A DNA stretch of 64,000 nucleotides from Gammaproteobacteria bacterium (GTDB lineage: Bacteria > Pseudomonadota > Gammaproteobacteria > CBDBNL01 > JAAOII01), in assembly GCA_965209035.1 (NCBI GenBank), contig OZ242372.1:96001-160000 (forward strand). The letters run 5' to 3'. The notes under the pieces are model-generated. The model searched no databases and was not told the origin of the DNA. It saw nothing but the letters and a program-made list of their open reading frames with translations. Numbering within the stretch: the stretch's first letter is position 1; each line of letters opens with the position of its first letter. Position numbers and translations under genes: made by a program. Positions 7,832-17,750 of the stretch are shown here, one piece after another.

Positions 7832-10357
7832 TTATTGCCTTTGCCTTTCCGCACCGCCCGAGGTGCAAGTCAGGGCCGGATACTGGGTGCTGTTGCCAAG
7901 ATTCCATGCCCGATTTGCGTCTATCGCCAAGTCGCTATCGTCGGCATCGGTTGTGAATTCACCCGTATCGGGATCACACCAGAAATCGCCCCAGTTGGCA
8001 TAGATGCCTTCAAAGGTCGTTTGGCTTTGTAGGGCCTCTGTTGTCTTGCCCGTGCCGAAACGACCGCTTCTGCTTGCCGGAATATCTGTTGTATTAAGAT
8101 CCCAATAGTTGTCTTCAAAAGTGGTAGACGAAGGGATTCCCGCTGTAACTCCCACTATACCGCCGATTGCGTCGAAGACGGTATTGCTTGTCTCAAAACT
8201 TGCCAAAGAGGCACTTATTTGTAAGGTGGCTCCGACCCCTACGATGCCAGCGATTATTCCTGTCGTTCCTCTATGTTTTATATTACCGCCTGTGGCATAA
8301 CTGGCCGTAATTTCTAAGGTCAGTTCGCTAAACCCTATAAGTCCTCCGATATGTCTTGTTTGTCCTGCACCTTCAACATCTACTCTGTTTGCATAAGAAG
8401 CATTGATATAACTGCCTCGATGAGCAAATCTAGTCGAGGATGACGAAAATCCACCCAAACCCCCTACATCACTGGCGGCAAAGACACTCGTATCGGCAGC
8501 ATAAGACGAGACAATATTTGAACCCTCTAGCAGACCAAGCAAACCACCCGCACGCGTCCCGCCGAGAACACTGATTCTGCTGTCTGATACACTCGTCCTT
8601 ATTAACATGCTCTCTGTAGCTCTGCCCACCAATCCTCCATTACTACTTCTTGCAACATTTCCGGGCTGATTGGTTTCTGTTAGTGTAAGCGTTCCTCTCA
8701 TAACATGCACATTTTCTAACTGTGAACGAAAAGCCCAACCAACAAGCAATCCCACATAAGTCGGAAATTTACTTGAACTGTAACTTGCATCTAACAGTTG
8801 CAGATTGCGCATTGTGCCGCTGTCCAGTCCGGCAAACAGGCCAAGCCCATAAACCACAACCTCAACATTCGGATGGCGAATTTTTAAATGACTAATATTG
8901 TGATGATTGCCATCAAAGATGCCTCTATAAAATCGACAGGTGCTGAGAGCTCCTCCACTACAAGATCCTATCGGCGTCCAGCCCTCGCCGGTCCACTCGG
9001 CCATATTTTCACTATTGTCGGCATAAGAACTCGCATTCGTAAAATCAAGCGAGCGCATCAACTCGTAGCCATTGCAACCCAACTCGGGGCAGCCGGCATT
9101 GCCCGGGGCCGTAATGTTGTCATCATTGCCGTCATCTATCCCATCGGCATTGAGATCATCGCGCAGCCACGCCAAGTCATCCAAAGTGTAGATCTCTATC
9201 AGACCATTATTATCGTCATCCACATCTTCGGCATCCGCATATGCATCACCATCCAGATTCGGTACCGTAACCGCAAACACCCGGTTTGTATAAGAGTTGT
9301 CCTCGTCCGCTATCAGAGTAACGGCGACCGTGTAATTGGTGTCGGTAGTCAAGCGGGAAATGGTATAGGCAGTTCTTGTCTCCGAAGCAATGGTGCCGTT
9401 ATTTACACTTGATACGCTTGTCTCATCATCCAATCTGCCCGAAGAGTCCGAATCGGATCGGTCATCACTCGGAAACCAAGTGATCTCAAAGGCATCAATG
9501 AAGCCAACCGAGGGGTTGATCCAACTGAGTATCAAACTTGTTTCGGTCGATGCTACCGACAGACCGATGACTCCCATTGTCGCCGGAATATCCGCCGGAT
9601 CTTCCTCGCAGGCATCGCCCTCACCATCCTGATTGACATCCGCCTGATCTGTGTTCTGCGGGCAATTATCCTCTTCGTTGTTTATGCCATCACCGTCTAT
9701 ATCGTCATCCAGGATATCCGGCAATGTGTCATTGTCCAGGTTGCTGCCGGGCACAGCCTCCGGCACAGTTTGAACCGATGCTCTTCTGTTAGCACTGTTA
9801 GTGGAATTCAACAACAGCAACAAAGTTACCCGATAGGTGTTACCGTTCTCTATTCCTGTCGTTGCCTCATAAGAGGCGGGCATACCGGAGCCGAGGTCAT
9901 CCGTCTTTTGGGCACGAAACACCTCGCCTGTTGGCGCACCGTCAACAACCTGTTGCCAACTGATATTAAATCCCGCAATCAGGTTATCCTCTCCCGCCGT
10001 CACCGGGTTAGTCCAACGCAACGATAAACTGTTGTTGTTGGGAATGACCGTCAGACCTGTCACTGCCAGGAGTGTTGGGTCGCTACCGCCATCGCTGCCC
10101 CCCCCCCCGCCACCGCCGCAAGCGGACAGTAACAATAAACAGCCGATAAGAAGCGAAGCAAAAAAGTGAGCCAGTCCCCGAAAGCATATCGAAAAAGGCA
10201 TGGAAGAAGATTTCGAAGAGGACTTCGCAGGCATAGAATGCATCGGAACAAGCCCGAACAGGCTGCCTGCCAGGCTGCCTGTATTGTCTCTTAAACAAGA
10301 ATGTAAAGTTTGTATCATTTGTATCATTGGATTTTTCTTAGTTGGTGGTGAATTCAC
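7832..10357 (-). CDS. Large surface lipoprotein (FN3 x2, TSP3-like Ca-binding repeats, GLUG-type beta-helical domain), paralog 1
   Basis: Lipobox LLLSAC followed by poly-Gly; FN3-like LSLRWTNP and LILSWINP; DIDGDG..EDNC..DGEGDAC; YELMRSLDF/GWTPIG/FDGN/GLFAG...NYWD...YPAL. The true start may be ATG 10201. Confidence 0.75.
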   Translation of the reverse strand: MNSPPTKKNPMIQMIQTLHSCLRDNTGSLAGSLFGLVPMHSMPAKSSSKSSSMPFSICFRGLAHFFASLLIGCLLLLSACGGGGGGGSDGGSDPTLLAVTGLTVIPNNNSLSLRWTNPVTAGEDNLIAGFNISWQQVVDGAPTGEVFRAQKTDDLGSGMPASYEATTGIENGNTYRVTLLLLLNSTNSANRRASVQTVPEAVPGSNLDNDTLPDILDDDIDGDGINNEEDNCPQNTDQADVNQDGEGDACEEDPADIPATMGVIGLSVASTETSLILSWINPSVGFIDAFEITWFPSDDRSDSDSSGRLDDETSVSSVNNGTIASETRTAYTISRLTTDTNYTVAVTLIADEDNSYTNRVFAVTVPNLDGDAYADAEDVDDDNNGLIEIYTLDDLAWLRDDLNADGIDDGNDDNITAPGNAGCPELGCNGYELMRSLDFTNASSYADNSENMAEWTGEGWTPIGSCSGGALSTCRFYRGIFDGNHHNISHLKIRHPNVEVVVYGLGLFAGLDSGTMRNLQLLDASYSSSKFPTYVGLLVGWAFRSQLENVHVMRGTLTLTETNQPGNVARSSNGGLVGRATESMLIRTSVSDSRISVLGGTRAGGLLGLLEGSNIVSSYAADTSVFAASDVGGLGGFSSSSTRFAHRGSYINASYANRVDVEGAGQTRHIGGLIGFSELTLEITASYATGGNIKHRGTTGIIAGIVGVGATLQISASLASFETSNTVFDAIGGIVGVTAGIPSSTTFEDNYWDLNTTDIPASRSGRFGTGKTTEALQSQTTFEGIYANWGDFWCDPDTGEFTTDADDSDLAIDANRAWNLGNSTQYPALTCTSGGAERQRQ
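10098..10108 (-). repeat. G11 homopolymer just after the lipobox of paralog 1
   Basis: 11 consecutive C on the + strand. Confidence 0.9.
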
Positions 10358-10508
10358 CGTTTCATTTCATAATTTAATAAGGTATTAACTCTTGTTAATA
10401 GTATACTCTAACTTTCTTTTAATCCAAGTAGGCTAACTTGTCAAATAGGTTTCTTAATATCTTTATGCCTTTGATAACTTTTACAAGAATCTCCGCTGTT
10501 TTTTATCT

Positions 10509-13034
10509 TTATTGCCTTTGCCTGTCCGCACCGCCCGGGGTGCAAGTCAGGGCCGGATACTGGGTGCTGTTGCCAAGGTCCCATGCCCGATTTGCGACTA
10601 TCGCCAAGGGACTGCCGGCATCGGTTGTGAATTCACCCGTATCGGGATCACACCAGAAATCGCCCCAGTTGGCATAGATGCCTTCAAAGTTCGTTTGGCT
10701 TTGTAGGGCCTGTGCTGTCTTGCCCCGACTGTCTCCGCTTGCCGCCGAAATACCTGTTGTATTAAGATCCCAATAGGTGTCTTCAATAACAAAAGTATCG
10801 GCATTAGATGATAGCCCGTGGGCGGATATGGGATTTTGGGGATTTGGTACCTCAACACCAACACTCGCGTAAGAGGCATTTATTTGTCCGCTACTTGCCA
10901 TACTATCTCCTCCTCCTGTTCCTACAATGCCACCGGCTTGCCCTATGGGTCCTTGCCTAATCACACCGCCTCTGACATAACTGGCTATAACTTCTATTTT
11001 CGCTTCGCCTGTCCCTACAAGCCCTCCGAGCTGAGACGATTCGGTACTGTTAACATCTATTTCGGTTACATAAGAAGCAATGATAGCACTGGGACCGGCG
11101 AGTACAGTTCCGATCATACCTCCTACCCCGGTTAAGAAGATGGGGATGGGGATAAAGACATCGGCAACATAAGACGCAACAATCTCTGTGACCGCTACTG
11201 CACCGACCATCCCGCCTATTCTCCTTCCACTGTTGAAGGGAAACTGCAGCGTGATATTCGAAACACTCGTCCTTATTAACCTACTATCCTCAACCCTGCC
11301 TGCCAATCCCCCGATATTGTCTTTTCCAGCAAGTGACCCTTGCGATAGCTTAATTTTTCCTCTCATAATATGCACATTTTCCAACCGTGAACGAGTAACC
11401 CAACCAACAAGCAATCCCGAATAACTTGGTTCTCTGTTTGTTTCGAAACTTGCATCTAATAGTTGCAGATTGCGCATTGTGCCGCCGTTCAGCCCGGCAA
11501 ACATGCCAAGCCCATAAACCACACTCCGATTCGGGGGGCGAATTTTCAAATCACTAATACTGTGATCATTGCCATCAAAGATGCCACTATAAAGTCGACA
11601 GGTGCTGAGAGCTTTTCCACCACAAGATCCTATCGGCGTCCAGCCCTCGCCGGTCCACTCGGCCATGTTGGCACTGCCGGATGTGGTATTGGCATAAGAA
11701 CTCGCATTCGTAAAATCAAGCGAGCGCATCAACTCATAGCCCTTGCAACCCGAATCGGGACAGCCGGCATCGCCCGGGGCCGTAATGCTGTCATCATTGT
11801 CGTCATCTATCCCATTAGCATTGAGATCATCGCGCAGCCACGCCAAGTCATCCAAAGTGTAGATCTCTATCAGACCATTATTATCGTCATCCACATCTTC
11901 GGCATCCCCATATGCATCACCATCCGCATTCGCACCCGTCACCGCAAACACCCGGTTTGTATAAGAGTTGTCCTCGTCCGCTATTAAAGTAACGGCGATC
12001 GAGTAATTGGTGTCGGTAGCCAAGTCGGAAATGATATAGGCAGTTCTTGTCTCCGAAGCAATGGTGCCGCCATTTACGCTTGATACGCTTGTCTCATCAT
12101 CCAATCTGTCCGAGGAGTCCGAATCGGATGGAGCATCACTCGGAAACCAAGTGATCTCAAAGGCATCAATGAAGCCTGCCGGGTTAGCCCAACTGAGCAT
12201 CAAACTTGTTTCAGTTGGTAGTGCTGATAGATTGCTCACCCCCTTGGTCGTCGGCAGCTCCGCCGGATCTTCCTCGCAGGCATCGCCCTCACCATCCTGA
12301 TTGACATCCGCCTGATCTGTGTTCCGCATCAGCCGGCAATTATCCTCTTCGTTGTCTATGCCATCACCGTCCATATCGGGGTCCAGGCTATCCGGCAATG
12401 TGTCATTGTCCAGGTTGCTGCCAGGCACAGGATCATTCGGCACAGTTTGCACCTCTGTTCTACTATTGGCGCCGTTGGTGGGATTCAACAGCAGCAACAA
12501 AGTTACCCGATACGAGTTACCATTCTCTATTCCTGTCGTTACCTCATAAGAGGCGGACATACCGGATCTGAGGTCATTCGTCTTTTGGGCACGAAACACC
12601 TCGCCTGTTGGCGCACCGTCAACAACCTGTTGCCAACTGATATTAAATCCCACAATCAGGTTATCCTCTCCCGCCGTCACCGGGTTAGTCCAACGCAACG
12701 ATAAACTGTTGTTGTTGGGAATGACCGTCAGATCCGTCACTTGCAGGAGTGTTGGGTCGCTACCGCCATCGCTGCCCCCCCCCCCGCCACCGCCGCAAGC
12801 GGACAGTAACAATAAACAGCCGATAAGAAGCGAAGTAAAAAAGTGAGTCAGTCCCCGAAAGTATATCGAAAAAGGCATGGAAGAAGATTTCGAAGAAGAC
12901 TTCGCAGGCATAGAATGCATCGGAGCAAGCCCGAACAGGCTGCCTGCCAGGCTGCCTGTATTGTCTCTTAAACAAGAATGTAAAGTTTGTATCATTTGTA
13001 TCATTGGATTTTTCTTAGTTGGTGGTGAATTCAC
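10509..13034 (-). CDS. Large surface lipoprotein, paralog 2 (tandem duplicate, 2677-bp period)
   Basis: Same architecture and length (841 aa); near-identical N-terminus and upstream DNA; divergent GLUG-like core. Confidence 0.75.
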   Translation of the reverse strand: MNSPPTKKNPMIQMIQTLHSCLRDNTGSLAGSLFGLAPMHSMPAKSSSKSSSMPFSIYFRGLTHFFTSLLIGCLLLLSACGGGGGGGSDGGSDPTLLQVTDLTVIPNNNSLSLRWTNPVTAGEDNLIVGFNISWQQVVDGAPTGEVFRAQKTNDLRSGMSASYEVTTGIENGNSYRVTLLLLLNPTNGANSRTEVQTVPNDPVPGSNLDNDTLPDSLDPDMDGDGIDNEEDNCRLMRNTDQADVNQDGEGDACEEDPAELPTTKGVSNLSALPTETSLMLSWANPAGFIDAFEITWFPSDAPSDSDSSDRLDDETSVSSVNGGTIASETRTAYIISDLATDTNYSIAVTLIADEDNSYTNRVFAVTGANADGDAYGDAEDVDDDNNGLIEIYTLDDLAWLRDDLNANGIDDDNDDSITAPGDAGCPDSGCKGYELMRSLDFTNASSYANTTSGSANMAEWTGEGWTPIGSCGGKALSTCRLYSGIFDGNDHSISDLKIRPPNRSVVYGLGMFAGLNGGTMRNLQLLDASFETNREPSYSGLLVGWVTRSRLENVHIMRGKIKLSQGSLAGKDNIGGLAGRVEDSRLIRTSVSNITLQFPFNSGRRIGGMVGAVAVTEIVASYVADVFIPIPIFLTGVGGMIGTVLAGPSAIIASYVTEIDVNSTESSQLGGLVGTGEAKIEVIASYVRGGVIRQGPIGQAGGIVGTGGGDSMASSGQINASYASVGVEVPNPQNPISAHGLSSNADTFVIEDTYWDLNTTGISAASGDSRGKTAQALQSQTNFEGIYANWGDFWCDPDTGEFTTDAGSPLAIVANRAWDLGNSTQYPALTCTPGGADRQRQ
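12775..12785 (-). repeat. G11 homopolymer just after the lipobox of paralog 2
   Basis: 11 consecutive C on the + strand. Confidence 0.9.
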
Positions 13035-13208
13035 CGTTTCATTTCATAATTTAATAAGGTATTAACTCTTGTTAATAGTATACTCTATTTTTGTTTTAAT
13101 CTTTAATAAGATAAATGAGTTAAGTATTTAAACCACCGCTTTTTGCACCGGAACGAAAGTGCGCTCGAACCTTCTTTTAATCTTTAATAAGGAAGTAAGA
13201 TCTGTAAC

Positions 13209-14519
13209 CTAAGCCGCCGCTTTTTGCACCACACCGAAAGCGCGATCTATCTTATCCAAGGCTTCGGCGATAGCGTCTTCGCCGATATTCAGCGGCGGTG
13301 CGATTCGGATGACATTTCCGTATAAGCCGCCCTTGCCAATGAGAAGTCCCAGTTTCTTGGTCTCTTCAAAAATATGGTTAACCTCTTCGGGGGCGGGCTC
13401 TTTTGTTGTTCTGTTTTTGACCAGTTCAAGCCCCATCATCAATCCCTTGCCGCGCACATCGCCAATCAGACTGTATTTTTCTTGCAGTTTTAGCAATCCT
13501 TCCAGCAAGATTTCGCCCATAGCCCGGCAATGTTCCGGCCCGGCTTCTTCTTCCAAAACCTCAATTGTTGCCGTGGCTGCCATTGTCGTTACGGGGTTGC
13601 CGCCAAAAGTGTTAATAATCAGCCCGGCACCTTCCATTCCTTTGGAAACCTTATCGGTGGCAATGACATTTCCCAGCGGGAAGCCGTTGGCAATTCCTTT
13701 TGCCATGGTCATCATATCCGGTTCAACATCCCAGTGACTGACACTAAACCAGTGTTTGCCGGTTCTCCCAAAACCGCCCTGAACCTCATCCGCAATCACC
13801 AACCCGTCGTATTGGCGGGCGATTTCGCTGATAATTTTCAAAAAATCCGGCGGTGGCGTGATAAACCCGCCCACTCCTTGAATGGGCTCAAACAACACAG
13901 CCGCAATCTTACCGGAAGTTGTGGTGCGTATCACATTTTCCAGATCCTGGGCACAGGCTGTTCCGCAAGTTTCCGGTTTGAGATTAAAAGGACATCTGTA
14001 ACAATAACCGTTATGCGTGTACTTAATGCCGGCTGTCATGATGGGGTCAAATCTCCAGGAATCCTGCGCGGTCAGCGATTTGGTGACGGCTGTTCCGCCG
14101 CTGTAACCGTGCCGCAAAGCGATAATATCCATATTCCCCGTATGCTGGCGTGCGGCGAGAACCGCCAGTTCGTTCGCCTCGCTGCCGCTGTTGGTAAAGT
14201 AAGAGGTTTCCAGTTGGCCGGGTGTCAGTTCGGCAAGTTTTTCCGCCAAAGCGACCTGGTTTGCGTGCGGGTAAAGAGTTGAAGTATGAATCACCTTGGC
14301 AATCTGCTCACTCACGCGCTTCACAATTTTGGGGTGGTTATTGCCAACGCTGGTCGTCAGAATGCCACCGAAAAAGTCCAGATATTTGTTATCGTCAACA
14401 TCGTAAATGTAAGCACCCTCGCCGCGATCAAAGGCAACAGGTTCCTTGTAATAAAGAATGTGGCTTGACCAGAGATGCTTTTTATGGCGTTGGGTGATTT
14501 TTTGGGAGTTATTTGTCAT
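13209..14519 (-). CDS. Class III PLP aminotransferase (AGXT2/PydD-like; probable beta-alanine aminotransferase)
   Basis: FTNSGSEANE, EPIQGVGG, DEVQGGFGRTG, MAKGIANG; last gene of the pyrimidine catabolic operon. Confidence 0.85.
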   Translation of the reverse strand: MTNNSQKITQRHKKHLWSSHILYYKEPVAFDRGEGAYIYDVDDNKYLDFFGGILTTSVGNNHPKIVKRVSEQIAKVIHTSTLYPHANQVALAEKLAELTPGQLETSYFTNSGSEANELAVLAARQHTGNMDIIALRHGYSGGTAVTKSLTAQDSWRFDPIMTAGIKYTHNGYCYRCPFNLKPETCGTACAQDLENVIRTTTSGKIAAVLFEPIQGVGGFITPPPDFLKIISEIARQYDGLVIADEVQGGFGRTGKHWFSVSHWDVEPDMMTMAKGIANGFPLGNVIATDKVSKGMEGAGLIINTFGGNPVTTMAATATIEVLEEEAGPEHCRAMGEILLEGLLKLQEKYSLIGDVRGKGLMMGLELVKNRTTKEPAPEEVNHIFEETKKLGLLIGKGGLYGNVIRIAPPLNIGEDAIAEALDKIDRAFGVVQKAAA

Positions 14520-14545
14520 GTTTTTGTCCTTTCTGTCAAAATAAA

Positions 14546-15982
14546 TTAGCGATTAACGGCAGTCGGGTGAGAAGTTTGCACATGCTTGCGCAGATCGTCA
14601 AAGCACGGAGCAAACGGCGGCCGGGAAACAAAATTGCCGGCACCCTCTTCCACCATAGGTTCTCCTTCCCGGAAAACAACGCGCCCGTTGGCAATAGTCA
14701 CTCGGTTAATCCCCTCTACTGTGCGGCCTTCAAATACATTAAAATCCACATTTTGCAAATGCTCCTTGGCGGAAATAGTCCGCTTCGCTTTCGGATCCCA
14801 AACAACAACATCCGCATCCGCCCCGACATTTAATGAGCCTTTGCGCGGGTAAATGTTAAATATTTTTGCGGCATTGGCGGAAGTGAGTGCCACAAAATCG
14901 TTCATTGTGATGCGTCCTTTGTTCACCCCGTAATGCCACAGGAGGTGCATTCTGTCCTGCAAGCCGTTGGTGCCGTTGGGGATCTTGGTAAAATCGCCCT
15001 TGCCCATGGCCTTTTGTGCGTGCTTGAATACGCAATGATCCGTGCCAATCACCATAATGTCGCCGTTGTTCAGGGCATTCCAAAGTGCTTCTTGATGCTC
15101 TTTGGGACGAAACGGCGGGCTCATCACATGGGCGGCCGCCTTCGTCCAATCCTTGTCGTAATAGACTGCCTCGTTCACGAGAAGGTGACCAATTAAGGCC
15201 TCACCAATCACGGTTTTACCGCTGCGTCTCCCCCGACTGATTGCATCCAAAGCCTGCTTACAGGATGTGTGCACAATGTAAACTGGTACACCCAGTTCGT
15301 TGGCAATCACAATTGCCCGATTTGCCGCCTCGCCTTCCACTTCCGGCGGGCGCGAGAGCGGATGCCCTTCCGGCCCCGTAATTCCGGCTTTAAGCAACTC
15401 TTTCTGTTTGCGAAAGACCAGTTCGCCGTTTTCGGCGTGAATGGTGCATATAGCCCCCAGTTCGCGCGCTGTCCGGAAACTGCTGACCATAATTTCGTCA
15501 TCCACCATAATGGCGCCTTTGTATGCCATGAAATGCTTAAAACTGTTAATGCCGGACTTAACAATTTCCGCCATTTCCGCGGGCATATCCTCATCCCACC
15601 AGGTCACTGCCATATGGAAACTGTAATCCATGCATGCCTTTTGGGCCCGCTCTTGCCACTGTTTCAAGGCATCCTTCATCCGTTGTTGCGGATTTGGAAT
15701 GACAAAGTCTATCAACATGGTCGTTCCGCCCGCCAGGGCGGCCCGGGTGCCGGTGAAGAAATCATCCGCGGAGACTGTCCCCATAAAGGGCAATTCCATA
15801 TGTGTGTGCGGGTCAATACCACCGGGCATCACATAGCAGCCTGTGGCATCAATCACTTCTTTAACTCCGGAACTGCCAATGTTATCTTCCGCGCAAGAAA
15901 TGTGCCCATCCTCTATTAAGAGGTCCGCCGGCCGACTGCTTTCCGCAGTGACCAGCGTTCCGTTTTTAATTAAGATACTCAT
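14546..15982 (-). CDS. hydA: Dihydropyrimidinase
   Basis: PGGIDPHTH, SFKHFMAY, IHAENG, YIVH, GTDHC, IPNG. Confidence 0.94.
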   Translation of the reverse strand: MSILIKNGTLVTAESSRPADLLIEDGHISCAEDNIGSSGVKEVIDATGCYVMPGGIDPHTHMELPFMGTVSADDFFTGTRAALAGGTTMLIDFVIPNPQQRMKDALKQWQERAQKACMDYSFHMAVTWWDEDMPAEMAEIVKSGINSFKHFMAYKGAIMVDDEIMVSSFRTARELGAICTIHAENGELVFRKQKELLKAGITGPEGHPLSRPPEVEGEAANRAIVIANELGVPVYIVHTSCKQALDAISRGRRSGKTVIGEALIGHLLVNEAVYYDKDWTKAAAHVMSPPFRPKEHQEALWNALNNGDIMVIGTDHCVFKHAQKAMGKGDFTKIPNGTNGLQDRMHLLWHYGVNKGRITMNDFVALTSANAAKIFNIYPRKGSLNVGADADVVVWDPKAKRTISAKEHLQNVDFNVFEGRTVEGINRVTIANGRVVFREGEPMVEEGAGNFVSRPPFAPCFDDLRKHVQTSHPTAVNR

Positions 15983-15999
15983 TATTCTTATCCTTATCC

Positions 16000-17271
16000 T
16001 TATTCTTTGCCTTCTTTTATTTTATTCATATTCATCACCATAGAAAGAGCCGAATAGAGCACAAAGCCCGCAATAACGCCCATCAAAGGTGGCACAAACG
16101 GACTATAAAATGCGATCAAACAACCGCCGACATAGGACAAGAGCCCGACGAAATTCAACGATTGAATGGTGTTCCCCGCTTCCGCGAGCAACGGATACTT
16201 CCCTCTGTGGACAACAAAGAAATCGGCAATCAGAATGCCGCCGATGGGCGGAATAAAGGTGCTAAGAAACAAGGTGAACGGGACAATTGCATTGTGAAAT
16301 CCGAGCAAGGCGACAATTGTTCCAATCAGCGCGCCGGCCAGGGTAATGGTTTTTCTGCGGTCTGTCCGAAAGAAATTGCTTCCCGCAACGGAAAAGTTGT
16401 AGATGGTGTTATCTTGTGTTGTCCAGATATTCAAGAACAACATCATAATACCCAATACGAGCAACCCTTGTGTGACAAGAATGTCGGCGATGTCCGCTTG
16501 TTGATAAATCAAGGAACCGTATGCCCCCATAAACACCATTAAGCCGTTGACAAACAAGAAGGCAAACAATGCCGTCCAAACTGCCGAAGATGGCTTGGAA
16601 GCAAAGCGTGTCCAGTTGGTGGACTGGGTGCCACCGCTAACAAATGTACCGACAATCACCGCAATTGCCGTGGCAACCGTCAGGTCTCCCGTTCCTTGGA
16701 GCGATTGCAAACCGTCAAAGCCACCGGCATCCCGGGAAGCGATGACAATACTGACAATGATGAGAATGAACATCAAAGGCACCGCCACGATGGAAAGGCG
16801 TTCCAGCCCGCGATAGCCGATAAAAGCCGTCCAACAAAATGCCAAGCCAAAAAAGACCATCAAAGCATAAATAAACGTTTGACTGTCTATCCCCGTGTAT
16901 CTTGCCAAGATTTCGGCAATGGTTCCCGTTCCCCAGGCATACCAGAGAACCTGGGTGAGACCGAGTACCAGATCCACCAGTTTGCTGCCCTGATCGCCAA
17001 AACTAAATCGGGCAAGAAGGACGGTATTGAGTCCTGTCTTGGCGGCAATATAGCCGAGAACGGCAACATAGGAACCCAGTAACAGGTTACCTAACAAAAT
17101 AACCAGAATCAGGTCCGGGAAAAAGTTAAAAGAACCTCCTATTCTGGCACCTGCGAACATGGTGGCGGAAAAAAAGGTGAACCCTGTCAGAACCCAGAGC
17201 AAGGACCAAACGCTTTTGCGTTGGCCTTGGGGAACTTCTTGTAAGGGAAAGTCTTGCGAGTTTTTGTTCAT
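16000..17271 (-). CDS. codB: Cytosine permease (CodB/NCS1 family)
   Basis: Multi-TM; GFTFFSATM and NIWTTQDNTIY. ATG 17271 chosen because the track start overlaps the deaminase gene. Confidence 0.88.
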   Translation of the reverse strand: MNKNSQDFPLQEVPQGQRKSVWSLLWVLTGFTFFSATMFAGARIGGSFNFFPDLILVILLGNLLLGSYVAVLGYIAAKTGLNTVLLARFSFGDQGSKLVDLVLGLTQVLWYAWGTGTIAEILARYTGIDSQTFIYALMVFFGLAFCWTAFIGYRGLERLSIVAVPLMFILIIVSIVIASRDAGGFDGLQSLQGTGDLTVATAIAVIVGTFVSGGTQSTNWTRFASKPSSAVWTALFAFLFVNGLMVFMGAYGSLIYQQADIADILVTQGLLVLGIMMLFLNIWTTQDNTIYNFSVAGSNFFRTDRRKTITLAGALIGTIVALLGFHNAIVPFTLFLSTFIPPIGGILIADFFVVHRGKYPLLAEAGNTIQSLNFVGLLSYVGGCLIAFYSPFVPPLMGVIAGFVLYSALSMVMNMNKIKEGKE

Positions 17272-17315
17272 AATATTTCTTCTTGTTGAGATTGAGATTA
17301 AAAAATTAAATCGTC

Positions 17316-17750
17316 TTAGTCGCCGATATCCTCGTTCCAGAGATCGGGTTTGTTTGCGATGAATGTTTTCATCATATCTATGCATTCTTTCAGTTCCAAG
17401 TCAAGCACCGCGACGCCTTTGGAACGCAGCAGGTCCGCGGAACCGGGGAAATTGACCGACTCACCGACCACCACCTTGGGGATCTTAAACTGAACAATGG
17501 TCCCGCCACACATATAACAAGGAAACAGAGTGGAATAAAGCACGGTGTCGCGATAGTTGCCGATACGCCCGGCATTATTTAAGCAATCCATCTCGGCGTG
17601 GAGAATTGGATTTTTTTCTTGCACTCTTTTGTTATGCCCTTTGGCAATCACTTCATTATTGCGGACAAGGACAGAACCAATCGGAATTCCGCCTTCTTGT
17701 AAACTCTTTTGGGCCTGTTCTATTGCCAAACGCATGAACGGGTCTGTCAT
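17316..17750 (-). CDS. Cytosine deaminase (small Zn-dependent, Fcy1-like)
   Basis: EGGIPIGS, HAE, PCxxC, C-terminal WNEDIG; next to codB. Confidence 0.88.
   Translation of the reverse strand: MTDPFMRLAIEQAQKSLQEGGIPIGSVLVRNNEVIAKGHNKRVQEKNPILHAEMDCLNNAGRIGNYRDTVLYSTLFPCYMCGGTIVQFKIPKVVVGESVNFPGSADLLRSKGVAVLDLELKECIDMMKTFIANKPDLWNEDIGD

Noticed and set aside
7832-13034. Diversity-generating retroelement acting on the lipoprotein paralogs
   Set aside because: No RT in the window; the variable block is long, contains indels and is not visibly adenine-specific.
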